Shown: one piece after another, positions 54,693-64,000 of the stretch | How positions within the stretch are numbered: the first letter of the stretch is position 1 | Layout of the letters: the number at the start of each line of letters is the position of its first letter | NCBI GenBank assembly: GCA_021736945.1 | Contig: JAIPEX010000001.1 | Span: 4,864 to 68,863, forward strand | Direction of reading: 5' to 3' | Origin: Halanaerobiales bacterium | GTDB taxonomy: Bacteria; Bacillota; Halanaerobiia; Halanaerobiales; M55B127 | Length of the DNA stretch: 64,000 nucleotides | Translations under genes and position numbers: made by a program | Notes under the pieces: model-generated | The model's database searches: none | What the model was told of the DNA's origin: nothing | The model's input: only the letters and a program-made list of their open reading frames with translations

Positions 54693-56112
54693 TATCATCC
54701 TCCTTACTAACATGATTTTCTTCAGTAGGATAGTCTCCATTAAAACAAGCAGTACAAAAACCATAGTTGTCTGCTTTAAGCACTTTAAGAATTCCATTTA
54801 AACTTAAATAATGTAAACTATCTGCTCCGATATATTCCGCTATCTCGTTTACTTCTTTTTTATCTGCAATAAGTTCTTTCCTCCGGGAAGTATCTAGTCC
54901 ATAAAAACAAGGATAACGTACAGGTGGAGATGAAATAGCCATTTGAATTTTATTTACCCCGGCTTCCTTTAAACGGTTAATGATTTGTTTACTAGTAGTT
55001 CCTCTAACTATCGAATCATCGATTAATATTATATCTTTTCCTTTAAGGACTTTACTTATCGGATTCAATTTCATCCGTACCTTTAAATCCCTCATCTCTT
55101 GTGTAGGCTGAATAAAGGTTCTTCCTACATATCTATTTCTTAAAATACCGTCTGCATATGCAATACCTGATTCTTCAGCAAAGCCTTGAGCAGCTGCTCC
55201 CCCTGAACTAGGTACAGGTACTACAAGATCTGCTTTAATATCCATCTCTTTAGCTAATCTTCTCCCCATTTTTTTTCGCGCAAGATAAACATTTTCCCCT
55301 CCAATAACACTATCTGGACGTGCAAAATATATGAATTCAAAAACACAAAATGCATTCGGCTTATTGTTACTATATCTTCTACTTTGAATACCCTTATCAT
55401 TTATTATTAATACTTCACCTGGTTTCACTTCTCTAACAAATTCTGCATCAATAATATCGAAAGCACAGGTTTCTGAAGCTAATACATAATCATCTCCTTT
55501 TTTACCTAATACTAAAGGCCTAAAACCAAAAGGATCTCTAGCAGCAATTAAACTGTCCTTAGTCATTGCTATCAAACTGAAAGCTCCTTTTAACTGATTT
55601 AGGCTCTGTATGAAAGCTTCTTCTATATCGTCTTTAAGGGATCGCGCTACCAGATGAGATATAACCTCCGTATCCAAGGTTGAGTGAAATATGGAGCCTT
55701 GTGTTTCTAAATTGTTTTTTAATTCCTGACCATTGACTAAATTGCCGTTATGAGCTAATGCAAGTTCTCCTTTTATACTATTAGTTAAAAGGGGTTGAGC
55801 ATTTACAAGTAGTGATGATCCAGTAGTGGAGTATCTGACATGACCTATACTAATATTCCCTTCAAGTTCACTCAAAATATGTTCATCAAAAACATTACTT
55901 ACAAGCCCCATACCTTTATGAACTTTTAGTTTATTTCTCTGATTTACACAAATCCCCGCACTTTCTTGACCACGATGTTGTAATGAATGAAGTCCCAAAT
56001 AACTTATTCTTGCTAGATTCTTATTTTTAGAATTGCTATATATACCAAAAATACCACATTCTTCTTCCATTTTATCCGGTATTAAAGACTTTTTTCGATA
56101 GCAGTGTCCCAC
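54676..56112 (-). CDS. purF: amidophosphoribosyltransferase
   Basis: It has the Ntn Cys in ...[11 protein letters not shown], a PRPP loop ([12 protein letters not shown]) and C-terminal Cys ligands. The start is ambiguous: GTG at 56112 or ATG at 56070 (4-aa propeptide). Confidence 0.93.
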   Translation of the reverse strand: MGHCYRKKSLIPDKMEEECGIFGIYSNSKNKNLARISYLGLHSLQHRGQESAGICVNQRNKLKVHKGMGLVSNVFDEHILSELEGNISIGHVRYSTTGSSLLVNAQPLLTNSIKGELALAHNGNLVNGQELKNNLETQGSIFHSTLDTEVISHLVARSLKDDIEEAFIQSLNQLKGAFSLIAMTKDSLIAARDPFGFRPLVLGKKGDDYVLASETCAFDIIDAEFVREVKPGEVLIINDKGIQSRRYSNNKPNAFCVFEFIYFARPDSVIGGENVYLARKKMGRRLAKEMDIKADLVVPVPSSGGAAAQGFAEESGIAYADGILRNRYVGRTFIQPTQEMRDLKVRMKLNPISKVLKGKDIILIDDSIVRGTTSKQIINRLKEAGVNKIQMAISSPPVRYPCFYGLDTSRRKELIADKKEVNEIAEYIGADSLHYLSLNGILKVLKADNYGFCTACFNGDYPTEENHVSKEDDNGTLI

Positions 56113-58271
56113 TTTGCTTTCAACTCCTCTACATCTAGATTGATTAAATTATTAAATTTAAATTGTTTACCCTTTACAACTCCAATATGTTCATAGGGCA
56201 CACAATTTTTAACTGCAATATTTTCTAATTTACTGGCTTTATTTTTGTTAATACTAACTATAATTCTACTTTGGCTTTCACCAAATAAAAGGGCTTTGTC
56301 GCTAATTTTCTCATTAATTTCAATATTGACACCTAAATTATTTCCAAAACATGATTCTGCTAGATTAACTGCTAATCCACCTTCAGAGCAATCATGGGCA
56401 GATTTAATTATATTATTTTTAATAGCTTCTCTTACTGTTTTTTGAACTCGTTTTTCTAGATTTAAATTTAATTGAGGTACATATCCATCGGCTTTACCTT
56501 TTTTAACTTTTAAATATTCACTTCCTCCTAATTCTTCACCTGATTGACCTATTAAATATATTAAATCTCCCTCGTCTTTAAAATCCATTGTAGTTTGGTC
56601 TTCTAATGAATCTAATAAACCCACCATACCTATAATGGGTGTCGGATAAATTGCTCCTTTAGGGCTTTCATTATAAAAACTTACATTTCCACCTATAACT
56701 GGAGTATCTAATTCTTTACATGCTTTTGTAATTCCCTCAACACTATTTTTAAACTGCCAATATATTTCAGGATCCATTGGGTTTCCAAAATTTAATCCAT
56801 CTGTAATTGCTAAAGGTTTGCCTCCTGAACATACAATATTACGAGCTGCTTCTGCCACTGCAATTGCTCCACCTCGCCAAGGATTTAAATAACAATATTT
56901 ACCATTACAATCAGTGTTTAATGCAATAGCTTTATCTTTACCCTTTATTCTAATCACTGCAGCATCAGAACCTGGTCCAACAATTGTATTAGTCATAACC
57001 ATATAATCATACTGTTCATACACCCATTTTTTACTCGCTATAGTAGGTGATGATAATAAATTTAATAGATCAGTATTGTAATCTTCGCTTTTAATATCCT
57101 CAGATGTTATCTCTTCTATATTATTTATATATTCCGGAATTTTAGTTTCTCTTTTATACTCGGGAGCTTCATCAGCCAACATTTTTGCAGAGATTTCAGC
57201 AACTTTGTTTTCTCCGTTAAAGATTCTAAGCATTCCATCGTTAGTAACTCTACCTACTACTTCTGCATGCAATCCCCATTTATTAAAGACCTTTTTTACA
57301 ACCTCTTCTTTACCTTTTTTAGGAATAATAAGCATTCTTTCTTGAGATTCAGAAAGCATTATTTCATATGATGTCATGTTTTTTTCACGTGTAGGTACCT
57401 TTGAAATATCAATCTCAATTCCACTATTACCCCGGCTTGCCATTTCTGCAGAAGAACTTGTTAAACCAGCAGCTCCCATATCTTGAATACCAATTAAAGA
57501 ATCAGTTTTTATTAATTCCAAGCTTGCTTCTAATAAGAGTTTTTCCATAAAAGGGTCTCCAACTTGAACCGCCGGACGATCTTTTTCAGAATCCTCGGTT
57601 AATTCATCTGAAGCAAAGCTAGCTCCTTTTATACCATCTCGCCCTGTAGCAGCACCAACAACCATTACAGAATTTCCTTCCCCTTTAGCAGTAGCAGTTG
57701 CAATATTTTTCTGATTTAATAGGCCTACACTCATTACATTAACTAAAGGATTACCTTCATAAGCAGGGGAAAAATATACTTCACCCCCTACAGTTGGAAT
57801 ACCAATACTATTTCCATAACTAGAAATCCCTGAAACTACTCCTTTAAATAGATATTTTACTTTATCGTTATTAAGGTTACCAAATCTCAATGAATTCAAA
57901 TTTGCAATAGGCCTTGCCCCCATTGTAAAAATATCTCTTATAATTCCACCTACTCCAGTTGCCGCACCTTGAAAGGGTTCAACAGCCGAAGGATGGTTAT
58001 GACTTTCTATTTTAAATGAAATCGCCTGATCATCACCAATATCTATAATACCGGCGTTTTCACCAGGTCCTTGGAGAACACACTCACCTTCTGTAGGAAG
58101 GGTCTTAAGAACTAGTTTTGAATTTTTATAACTACAATGCTCTGACCACATAACACCAAAAATACCTAATTCAGTAGTAGTAGGTTTTCTATCTAACAAC
58201 TCGACTATCAACTCATATTCTTTTTGAGTTAATCCTTCTTTTAGCCAGGGCTTATTTAGCAACCTTATCAC
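56082..58271 (-). CDS. purL: phosphoribosylformylglycinamidine synthase subunit PurL
   Basis: 729 aa. Motifs are [11 protein letters not shown] and [11 protein letters not shown]. An alternative TTG start is at 58262. Confidence 0.95.
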   Translation of the reverse strand: MIRLLNKPWLKEGLTQKEYELIVELLDRKPTTTELGIFGVMWSEHCSYKNSKLVLKTLPTEGECVLQGPGENAGIIDIGDDQAISFKIESHNHPSAVEPFQGAATGVGGIIRDIFTMGARPIANLNSLRFGNLNNDKVKYLFKGVVSGISSYGNSIGIPTVGGEVYFSPAYEGNPLVNVMSVGLLNQKNIATATAKGEGNSVMVVGAATGRDGIKGASFASDELTEDSEKDRPAVQVGDPFMEKLLLEASLELIKTDSLIGIQDMGAAGLTSSSAEMASRGNSGIEIDISKVPTREKNMTSYEIMLSESQERMLIIPKKGKEEVVKKVFNKWGLHAEVVGRVTNDGMLRIFNGENKVAEISAKMLADEAPEYKRETKIPEYINNIEEITSEDIKSEDYNTDLLNLLSSPTIASKKWVYEQYDYMVMTNTIVGPGSDAAVIRIKGKDKAIALNTDCNGKYCYLNPWRGGAIAVAEAARNIVCSGGKPLAITDGLNFGNPMDPEIYWQFKNSVEGITKACKELDTPVIGGNVSFYNESPKGAIYPTPIIGMVGLLDSLEDQTTMDFKDEGDLIYLIGQSGEELGGSEYLKVKKGKADGYVPQLNLNLEKRVQKTVREAIKNNIIKSAHDCSEGGLAVNLAESCFGNNLGVNIEINEKISDKALLFGESQSRIIVSINKNKASKLENIAVKNCVPYEHIGVVKGKQFKFNNLINLDVEELKAKWDTAIEKSL

Positions 58272-58953
58272 CTCTTTTGTTTATGTATGATATTATTGAG
58301 GAAAAAATATTATATCCATCCGCTTTTCCAGGTGATATTTGTAGTTCGGAGCACCTTTCCGGATGTGGCATCAAACCAAAAATATTACGCTCTTTATTAC
58401 AAATCCCAGCTATATTTTCGATAGAACCATTAGGATTTTCATTTTTATTTTTGTACTTTAATAGTATCTGTTTATTATCTTTTAATTCTTTTAGTCCCTT
58501 GTTATCTATATAATAATTACCTTCACCATGAGCTACTGGCATTTCTATAGAGGCTGAATTTTTATATTGATTGGTAAAAGGAGTATTGTTGTTTAAAACT
58601 GTTAGTTTAGTATTTCTACATACAAATTTAAGATTATCATTAACTTTCATAGCCCCAGGAAGTAAATTGGATTCAAGTAAGATTTGAAAACCGTTACATA
58701 TCCCCAAAACTAATCCTCCTTTTTCAGCAAAGTCAATTATAGGGTCCATTACTCGTGAAAAACGAGCAATAGCACCTGAACGCAGGTAATCTCCATAAGA
58801 AAAACCACCTGGTAGGACTATCAAATCATAATCTTCTATATTTTCATCTTTGTGCCAAATCATATTAGTATCAAATTCAAATATATTTTTAAGTACATGA
58901 AATACATCTCTATCACAGTTCGAACCTGGAAAGGTTACGACACCTGCTTTCAT
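58252..58953 (-). CDS. purQ: phosphoribosylformylglycinamidine synthase glutaminase subunit PurQ
   Basis: 233 aa. It has a class I amidotransferase triad context (GICNGFQ, MPHPER). Confidence 0.93.
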   Translation of the reverse strand: MKAGVVTFPGSNCDRDVFHVLKNIFEFDTNMIWHKDENIEDYDLIVLPGGFSYGDYLRSGAIARFSRVMDPIIDFAEKGGLVLGICNGFQILLESNLLPGAMKVNDNLKFVCRNTKLTVLNNNTPFTNQYKNSASIEMPVAHGEGNYYIDNKGLKELKDNKQILLKYKNKNENPNGSIENIAGICNKERNIFGLMPHPERCSELQISPGKADGYNIFSSIISYINKRGDKVAK

Positions 58954-58954
58954 C

Positions 58955-59215
58955 TTATCCCTCCATTTTCTTTATATTATAGCTATATTCTTCAATAACT
59001 GGATTTGCTAAAAGTTTATCACACATTTCTTCAACCATTTTTATTACTTTATTTTTTTGGGCTATATCTTCTAGAATCAATTCTAAATATTTACCTACAT
59101 AAACTGATTCAACATTATTATACCCTAAAGATTTAAGACCTGTTTTAACAGCTTTTCCTTGTGGGTCCAAGATTCCATCTTTTAATTTTGTTTCTATTTT
59201 TACCTCCCAGTTCAT
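58955..59215 (-). CDS. purS: phosphoribosylformylglycinamidine synthase subunit PurS
   Basis: 86 aa, with LKDGILDPQGKAV typical of PurS. It lies between purC and purQ. Confidence 0.9.
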   Translation of the reverse strand: MNWEVKIETKLKDGILDPQGKAVKTGLKSLGYNNVESVYVGKYLELILEDIAQKNKVIKMVEEMCDKLLANPVIEEYSYNIKKMEG

Positions 59216-59934
59216 TAAACAATCACATCCTTTTTCAATCTATATAGTATTTCTTGATATGCTTGTTCAACTTCTCCTAAATTCCTCCTGAAACGATCTT
59301 TATCAAGCTTTTTGTTAGTATTGAGATCCCAGAAGCGACAGGTGTCAGGTGATATTTCATCCGCCAATATTATATTCCCATTACTATCTGTACCAAATTC
59401 TAATTTGAAATCTACTAATAGTAATTCTTTTTCTTTTAAATAATTACTGAGTATTTTATTGATTTTAAAACCCAAAATATCTAAAAGCTTTAACTGACCT
59501 TCAGTAGCTAAATTCCTTTCTGTAATATGATATCTGTTAATTAAGGGATCTCCTAATTCGTCATTTTTATAATAATACTCTAAGATTGGTCTATTTAACT
59601 TAGTTCCTTCCTTTAAACCTAATCTTTCAGCTAAACTTCCCGCAGCTACATTTCTTAAAACAACCTCAATTGGTATAATATCCACCTTTTTAACTAAAAG
59701 ATCAGTTTCACTAATCTGTCTAATTAAGTGAGTTTTTACATCATTATCTTCTAATAACATAAAAAATATATTAGATATTTCTAAATTAAATTTTCCTTTT
59801 GATTTAATCTTTCCTTTCTTTTTACCATCAAATGCTGTGGCATCATCTTTATAATGCACAATTAGTTGTTCAGGATTATCGGTTTCATAAATTTTTTTTG
59901 CTTTTCCTTCATATAATAATTTGCCTTTTTCCAT
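59215..59934 (-). CDS. purC: SAICAR synthetase
   Basis: 239 aa. Motifs are LYEGKAKKIY and LADEISPDTCRFWD. Confidence 0.95.
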   Translation of the reverse strand: MEKGKLLYEGKAKKIYETDNPEQLIVHYKDDATAFDGKKKGKIKSKGKFNLEISNIFFMLLEDNDVKTHLIRQISETDLLVKKVDIIPIEVVLRNVAAGSLAERLGLKEGTKLNRPILEYYYKNDELGDPLINRYHITERNLATEGQLKLLDILGFKINKILSNYLKEKELLLVDFKLEFGTDSNGNIILADEISPDTCRFWDLNTNKKLDKDRFRRNLGEVEQAYQEILYRLKKDVIV

Positions 59935-61331
59935 TATTTATCTCTCCTTTTAAAGTTTTTCCACTTATTAACAATATATTGAGTACGTTTCTTCGCTATA
60001 CCAAGATATTTATTAGGTTTTTCAATGATTTCTTTTTGATAATCACTCATTTTATCCCTGTATTTTTTTAGATCTTCTTTTAAATAAAAAAGCTCCCTAA
60101 GGGTTTTATCTGACTCTTCGGCCTGTAAAGTTAGTTCTCTTACAGCTTCATGAGCGTCAGGATGCCCCTGGGAAGCTAAAATTATATAAAGTGGTTCTGC
60201 AATAATCATATCACTATGTGAATTAAAATTTTCATTCATCTTTTTACGATCAATAGCAAATTTTTCTAAAACTTTTATCAACCTTTCTACCGATAAAACG
60301 AATCCAGTAATAATATCTGGTATGAAGCGACTTGAGGCTGAGTTACTAAGATCTCTTTGATGTTCAGAAATCTGGTCCATATATATTGTATTCATCTGCG
60401 GCATCGTTCTTTTCCACATACTTTTAATATTTTCATAATTAATAGGATTTCTCTTATGGGGCATTGTAGAGGAACCAACTTGGTCATTACTAAAAAATTC
60501 GCCTACTTCACTTATTTCACTTCTCTGCAAATTACGCATATCATCACTAAAATTAGCTATTACCCCAAAAGCAGAAATGATCGAGTGAATATAATCAGTC
60601 ATATATTCTGCAATAACAATTTGAGTAGAAAAATCTCCGGCTTCTAAACCTAATTCTTCCATTACAAGCCCCTCAAATTCTATAGGGTCTTCAAAAAATA
60701 GCCGGGAGGCATTATAAGTACCACAAGCTCCAGAAAATTTACCTTTCAATTGATCTGCTTTCTTTTTAATTTCTTTATACCTTAATCCCAGTCTTTCAAT
60801 ATAACCTGCTAAAACGTAACCAAATGTAATTGGTACTGCATGTTGACCATGCGTTCTGCCAATCTGAATAGTTTCTTTTTCCTGAAGAGCTAGTTCACTT
60901 AAAATATTAATTAGTTCTCTTATTTTAGGTAGAATTAATTCTTCCGTTACTTCTTTATATTTTAATGAATTTGCTGTATCAACAATATCATAAGAAGTTG
61001 CTGTTAAATGTATATATGGACGAGCATTTTTACTTATGTTTTCCTGGACAAGATTAACCAAAGCTCTTATATTATGCTTTGTCTTTTCTTCCTCTAGATA
61101 TACTTGTTCTGCAGTAATAGTTGAAATTGCTTCTTTAACTTCTTCTACTATTTCTTTAGAACATATACCTACCTTTGCTAAGTTCTTTACTAATGCAAGT
61201 TCCACTTTTAGCTGATAATTTATATTAGCTTCTTCTGATAGGTATTTTTCTAACTTATTAAATATTTCCTTGTTATATGAGTATCTGTGATCAAATGGAC
61301 TTATATTCTTGAAAATATTTCTGATTACCAT
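59934..61331 (-). CDS. purB: adenylosuccinate lyase
   Basis: 465 aa. It carries the fumarate-lyase signature GSSTMPHKRNP. Confidence 0.93.
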   Translation of the reverse strand: MVIRNIFKNISPFDHRYSYNKEIFNKLEKYLSEEANINYQLKVELALVKNLAKVGICSKEIVEEVKEAISTITAEQVYLEEEKTKHNIRALVNLVQENISKNARPYIHLTATSYDIVDTANSLKYKEVTEELILPKIRELINILSELALQEKETIQIGRTHGQHAVPITFGYVLAGYIERLGLRYKEIKKKADQLKGKFSGACGTYNASRLFFEDPIEFEGLVMEELGLEAGDFSTQIVIAEYMTDYIHSIISAFGVIANFSDDMRNLQRSEISEVGEFFSNDQVGSSTMPHKRNPINYENIKSMWKRTMPQMNTIYMDQISEHQRDLSNSASSRFIPDIITGFVLSVERLIKVLEKFAIDRKKMNENFNSHSDMIIAEPLYIILASQGHPDAHEAVRELTLQAEESDKTLRELFYLKEDLKKYRDKMSDYQKEIIEKPNKYLGIAKKRTQYIVNKWKNFKRRDK

Positions 61332-61344
61332 TGCTCAGCCTCCA

Positions 61345-61866
61345 TTACTCAAAATATTTTTCCAAATAATTTTTATAACCTATTTTTTTTAATTCTGTCG
61401 CTGTTTTATTTACGTCTACTTTCATGTTTTCTTTATATTCAACTAATTTGTTTTTTACAACATCATCACTTAAGGCAAGTATTTGTACAGCCAAGATAGC
61501 GGCATTTCTAGCACCGTTTAAGGCCATGGTAGCAACAGGTACTCCGCCCGGCATTTGAACCATTGAATAAAGTGAGTCTGCTCCACCTAAAGTTGATGTT
61601 TTAATCGGAACCCCAATTACTGGCAAATTAGTACTGGCGGCAATAACTCCCGGCAAATGAGCTGCTTTACCAGCTCCTGCAATTATTACACTAAACTGAT
61701 TGGTCTCTGCATTTAAAGCATACTCCCTTGCTCTTTCTGGTGTACGGTGAGCTGAAATAACAGTAAGCTCATAATCAATTTCTAATTTCTCTAATAATTG
61801 ACAGGCTTCTTTCATAATAGGTAAGTCAGAATCACTACCCATCATAATACCAATTTTTTTATTCAT
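61345..61866 (-). CDS. purE: 5-(carboxyamino)imidazole ribonucleotide mutase (class I-like PurE)
   Basis: 173 aa. SAHRTP and AGAGKAAHLPGV are class I-like motifs. Confidence 0.9.
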   Translation of the reverse strand: MNKKIGIMMGSDSDLPIMKEACQLLEKLEIDYELTVISAHRTPERAREYALNAETNQFSVIIAGAGKAAHLPGVIAASTNLPVIGVPIKTSTLGGADSLYSMVQMPGGVPVATMALNGARNAAILAVQILALSDDVVKNKLVEYKENMKVDVNKTATELKKIGYKNYLEKYFE

Positions 61867-63151
61867 CTATTATTAAATTCACTCCTTTTATTCGATGTCC
61901 AATATCTCTTCTATAGTATGCACCATCAAATTCTATCTTTTCAATATTTTCATAACAAAAATCATATACTTCCTGATAACTTTTACCAGTCGCTACAACA
62001 GATAAAACTCTACCTCCCGAACTTAAAATTTCACCATTCTCATATTTTGTTCCAGCCTGAATGATAAAAGGATTATAATTATTTTTGAATTTACTTATTC
62101 CTTTTATTTTTTTACCTTTTGGATAATCAATTGGATAACCACCTGAAGCTAATATTACAGCCATTGCCTTTTCTTCTTTCCACTTTAGGTTAATATGATC
62201 TAAACTACCTTTTGTAACTTTTTCAGCTACTGTTAATAAATCATTTTCCAGTAAAGGTAAAACCACCTGTGCTTCAGGGTCCCCAAACCTGACATTAAAT
62301 TCCAGCACTTTTGGTTCACCTTTTGCCACCATTAGTCCTACAAAAAGAATTCCTTTAAAAGTAATATTTTTTTCTTTAAGATAATTAAATAATGGGTTAA
62401 TAATTTTTTTATTAACCTTTTTTTGAATTTCATCATCAATCAAAGGGGTTGGCGCATAAGCACCCATCCCACCAGTATTAGGACCTTTATCACCTTCTCC
62501 GATTTGTTTATGGTCTTGCGCAGAAATCATGGGGTAATAGGTTTGTCCATCAGAAAAGAACATTATAGATGCTTCCTCACCTTCTAGATACTCTTCTATA
62601 ACTATATTATCGCCTGCATTTCCAAAGTCTTTATCTATCATTATTTTTTTTATTGCATCTTGAGCTTCTTTTATATTTTTTGTAATGATAACTCCTTTTC
62701 CAGCAGCTAAACCTTCAGCTTTGATTACCAAAGGATACTCACAGTCTCTTATATAATTATATGCTTTTTTAGCTTCCGTAAATGTTGCAAACTTTGCAGT
62801 TGGTATATTACAACTTTCCATTATATTTTTGGCATAAACTTTACTACCTTCCAACTTAGCGGCTTTTTGGTTTGGTCCAAAAATATTGAGATCTTTTTTG
62901 TTAAAATAATCTACAATTCCTTCTACTAGCGGCCTTTCAGGGCCAACAAAGGTCATATCAATCTCATTTTTTTTAGCAAAATTAGCTACTTTATTAAAAT
63001 TTAATATATTCATGTCTATGTTAGTAGCTATTTCTTGAGTCCCAGCATTGCCGGGCATAACAAAAATTTTATCTACTCTACTACTCTGATTTAATTTTTT
63101 AGCTAAAATATGTTCTCTACCACCACTACCAATTATTAGAACCTTCTTCAA
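61859..63151 (-). CDS. purD: phosphoribosylamine-glycine ligase
   Basis: 430 aa. It has VLIIGSGGREH and an ATP-grasp region. The start is TTG with RBS GGGAGG. Confidence 0.95.
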   Translation of the reverse strand: MKKVLIIGSGGREHILAKKLNQSSRVDKIFVMPGNAGTQEIATNIDMNILNFNKVANFAKKNEIDMTFVGPERPLVEGIVDYFNKKDLNIFGPNQKAAKLEGSKVYAKNIMESCNIPTAKFATFTEAKKAYNYIRDCEYPLVIKAEGLAAGKGVIITKNIKEAQDAIKKIMIDKDFGNAGDNIVIEEYLEGEEASIMFFSDGQTYYPMISAQDHKQIGEGDKGPNTGGMGAYAPTPLIDDEIQKKVNKKIINPLFNYLKEKNITFKGILFVGLMVAKGEPKVLEFNVRFGDPEAQVVLPLLENDLLTVAEKVTKGSLDHINLKWKEEKAMAVILASGGYPIDYPKGKKIKGISKFKNNYNPFIIQAGTKYENGEILSSGGRVLSVVATGKSYQEVYDFCYENIEKIEFDGAYYRRDIGHRIKGVNLIIDE

Positions 63152-63193
63152 AAAATATACCTCCCAACTAACTTAAATTTTTACTAATTAAAT

Positions 63194-63254
63194 ATAAAAA
63201 TGCCCAGACAGATAGTTCCTACTTTTACTAAGAGTAGAACCTACCCGCCTGGGC
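63194..63254 (-). terminator. riboswitch expression platform: long intrinsic terminator of the pur leader
   Basis: The minus strand reads GCCCAGGCGGGTAGGTTCTAC - 11-nt loop - GTAGGAACTATCTGTCTGGGC (21 positions with 1 mismatch and several G-U pairs) followed by ATTTTTAT. Confidence 0.65.
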
Positions 63255-63339
63255 TTTTATCCCTTCGGTGTATAAGATATCTGTACCGCTCGAACCAGCC
63301 ATTTTTTAAATCAAAAATGCGGAAACCTAGGTACACTTC

Positions 63340-63408
63340 CCTCATAGACAGATAGTTATGGGCTACCTGGTAGAAACTCTCGGACCTTATTACCGAGATT
63401 ATATGAGG
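63340..63408 (-). promoter_or_regulatory. purine riboswitch aptamer, guanine-type (C at the specificity position)
   Basis: The minus strand reads CCTCATATAATCTCGGTAATAAGGTCCGAGAGTTTCTACCAGGTAGCCCATAACTATCTGTCTATGAGG. This matches the B. subtilis xpt aptamer layout: P1 CCTCATA/TATGAGG, J1-2 TAAT, P2 CTCGG/CCGAG, J2-3 AGTTTCTACC, P3, then C before the P1 3' strand. Confidence 0.9.
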
Positions 63409-63447
63409 TACAAAAATATTCGATTTTTCTAATTAATTTATGCAATT

Positions 63448-63476
63448 ATCATAACAGAATATTATTTTTAAGTCAA
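63448..63476 (-). promoter_or_regulatory. promoter candidate for the pur operon
   Basis: The minus strand reads TTGACT - 17 nt - TATGAT, ~40 nt upstream of the aptamer. Confidence 0.5.
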
Positions 63477-63484
63477 TAATATTT

Positions 63485-64000
63485 TTAATTTAATTTTAAC
63501 TGTTCTATTCTTTCTAATAATTTTTCTTTCTTGTCTTTGTATTCTTCTAATTTTTCTTTTTCACCTTCAACTAATTCTTGTGGGGCATTATTTACAAAAC
63601 CTTCATTTGCAAGTTTTCCTTTTGCTCTTTCTATTTCATATTTTACATCTTCTAGTTCTTTTTTAAGTCTTTTTAGCTCTTTATCTATATCAATCATTCC
63701 CTCTAATGGAAGTATTACTTCGATACCATCTACGATTGAAGTAGAAGAAGGTTGAGGTCTTTTTTCCAATTCTTTTTGCATTGTTAAGTCATCTATTTTT
63801 GCGAGGTTTCTAATATAACTTTCCCCATCTTTTAGAATTTCTTGATTTGTCTCATCTGCTAAAAGAATTGCTTCTATTTTTCGGCCCGGATCTACTTTCA
63901 TTTCATTTCTTATATTTCTTACTGCTTTAATGACACTCATAATTTTTTCCATTTTATTTTCTGCTTTTTCATCAATTTCTTCTGCATTATATTCCGGCCA
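63485..64000 (-). CDS. valS: valyl-tRNA synthetase, C-terminal part (the N-terminus is beyond the window)
   Basis: The frame is open to position 64000 (WPEYNAEEIDEKAENKMEKIMSVIKAVRNIRNEMKV...). The C-terminal coiled coil includes KLANEGFVNNAPQELVEGEKEKL, which is typical of ValS. Confidence 0.88.
   Translation of the reverse strand, partial: WPEYNAEEIDEKAENKMEKIMSVIKAVRNIRNEMKVDPGRKIEAILLADETNQEILKDGESYIRNLAKIDDLTMQKELEKRPQPSSTSIVDGIEVILPLEGMIDIDKELKRLKKELEDVKYEIERAKGKLANEGFVNNAPQELVEGEKEKLEEYKDKKEKLLERIEQLKLN

Noticed and set aside
63241-63254. The plus-strand string CCGCCTGGGC, identical to the conserved 3' element of the ZTP (pfl) riboswitch, which is a purine-pathway riboswitch.
   Set aside because: It is on the wrong strand for the pur operon. 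No ACTGGCG/CCGGGCGGA-type 5' sub-domain is present upstream on the plus strand, and no plus-strand gene follows. It is simply the complement of the 5' arm of the guanine-riboswitch terminator.
1-64000. CRISPR arrays, IS elements or transposases, prophage genes, toxin-antitoxin pairs and rRNA genes.
   Set aside because: No regularly spaced direct repeats, terminal inverted repeats, transposase- or integrase-like ORFs, or rRNA-like sequence were seen by eye. All intergenic gaps are under ~620 nt and are accounted for by promoters, leaders, one tRNA and one riboswitch.

Overview
This is an AT-rich, low-GC chromosome segment of Firmicute/Clostridia type. Gene content and synteny resemble Clostridia or Halanaerobiales, but that taxon is only a guess. 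It holds about 62 tightly packed protein genes, all but two on the minus strand, plus one tRNA and one riboswitch. From left to right:

- (i) 1-7.1 kb: a Cys-type sulfatase with an anaerobic sulfatase-maturating enzyme, a small SHOCT membrane protein, a YhaN/YhaO-type SMC-like ATPase with an Mre11-like nuclease, and an MnmM/YtqB-type methyltransferase.
- (ii) An unannotated 40-codon ORF and tRNA-Arg(CCG).
- (iii) ABC-F ATPase, a FucI/AraA-like isomerase, yhbY-obg, rpmA-rplU, RNase G, and the radical-SAM TIGR03960/TIGR03936 pair.
- (iv) The shape/division cluster rodA-minE-minD-minC-mrdA-mreD-mreC-mreB-radC-maf.
- (v) A NusG_II/Gx-transporter pair and rnfCDGEAB.
- (vi) SPOR protein, folC, divergent-PAP2 (+), cca, tkt, pdxK, glgC.
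- (vii) MFS (+), pit with DUF47, two EamA transporters, a GH65 phosphorylase, a MogA-like protein, an orphan FecCD permease, an Asp racemase and a Gfo/Idh/MocA oxidoreductase.
- (viii) An 11-gene purD-E-B-C-S-Q-L-F-M-N-H operon behind a guanine riboswitch.
- (ix) The 3' end of valS.

I recognised no CRISPR array, IS element, prophage or clear defence island, and I could not support a wholly new system. The best leads are:

- A real minE gene that has no canonical start codon and is missing from the ORF track.
- A transmembrane hairpin at the coiled-coil apex of the YhaN-like ATPase, which is translationally coupled to a nuclease and a tRNA-type methyltransferase.
- The function-unknown radical-SAM pair next to an RNase G that carries a C-terminal TRAM-like domain.
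- The NusG_II/Gx pair following rnf.
- An orphan BtuC/MolB-type permease followed 23 nt downstream (by my preferred start) by a MogA-like gene.

Everything here is read by eye. No database searches or folding programs were run.
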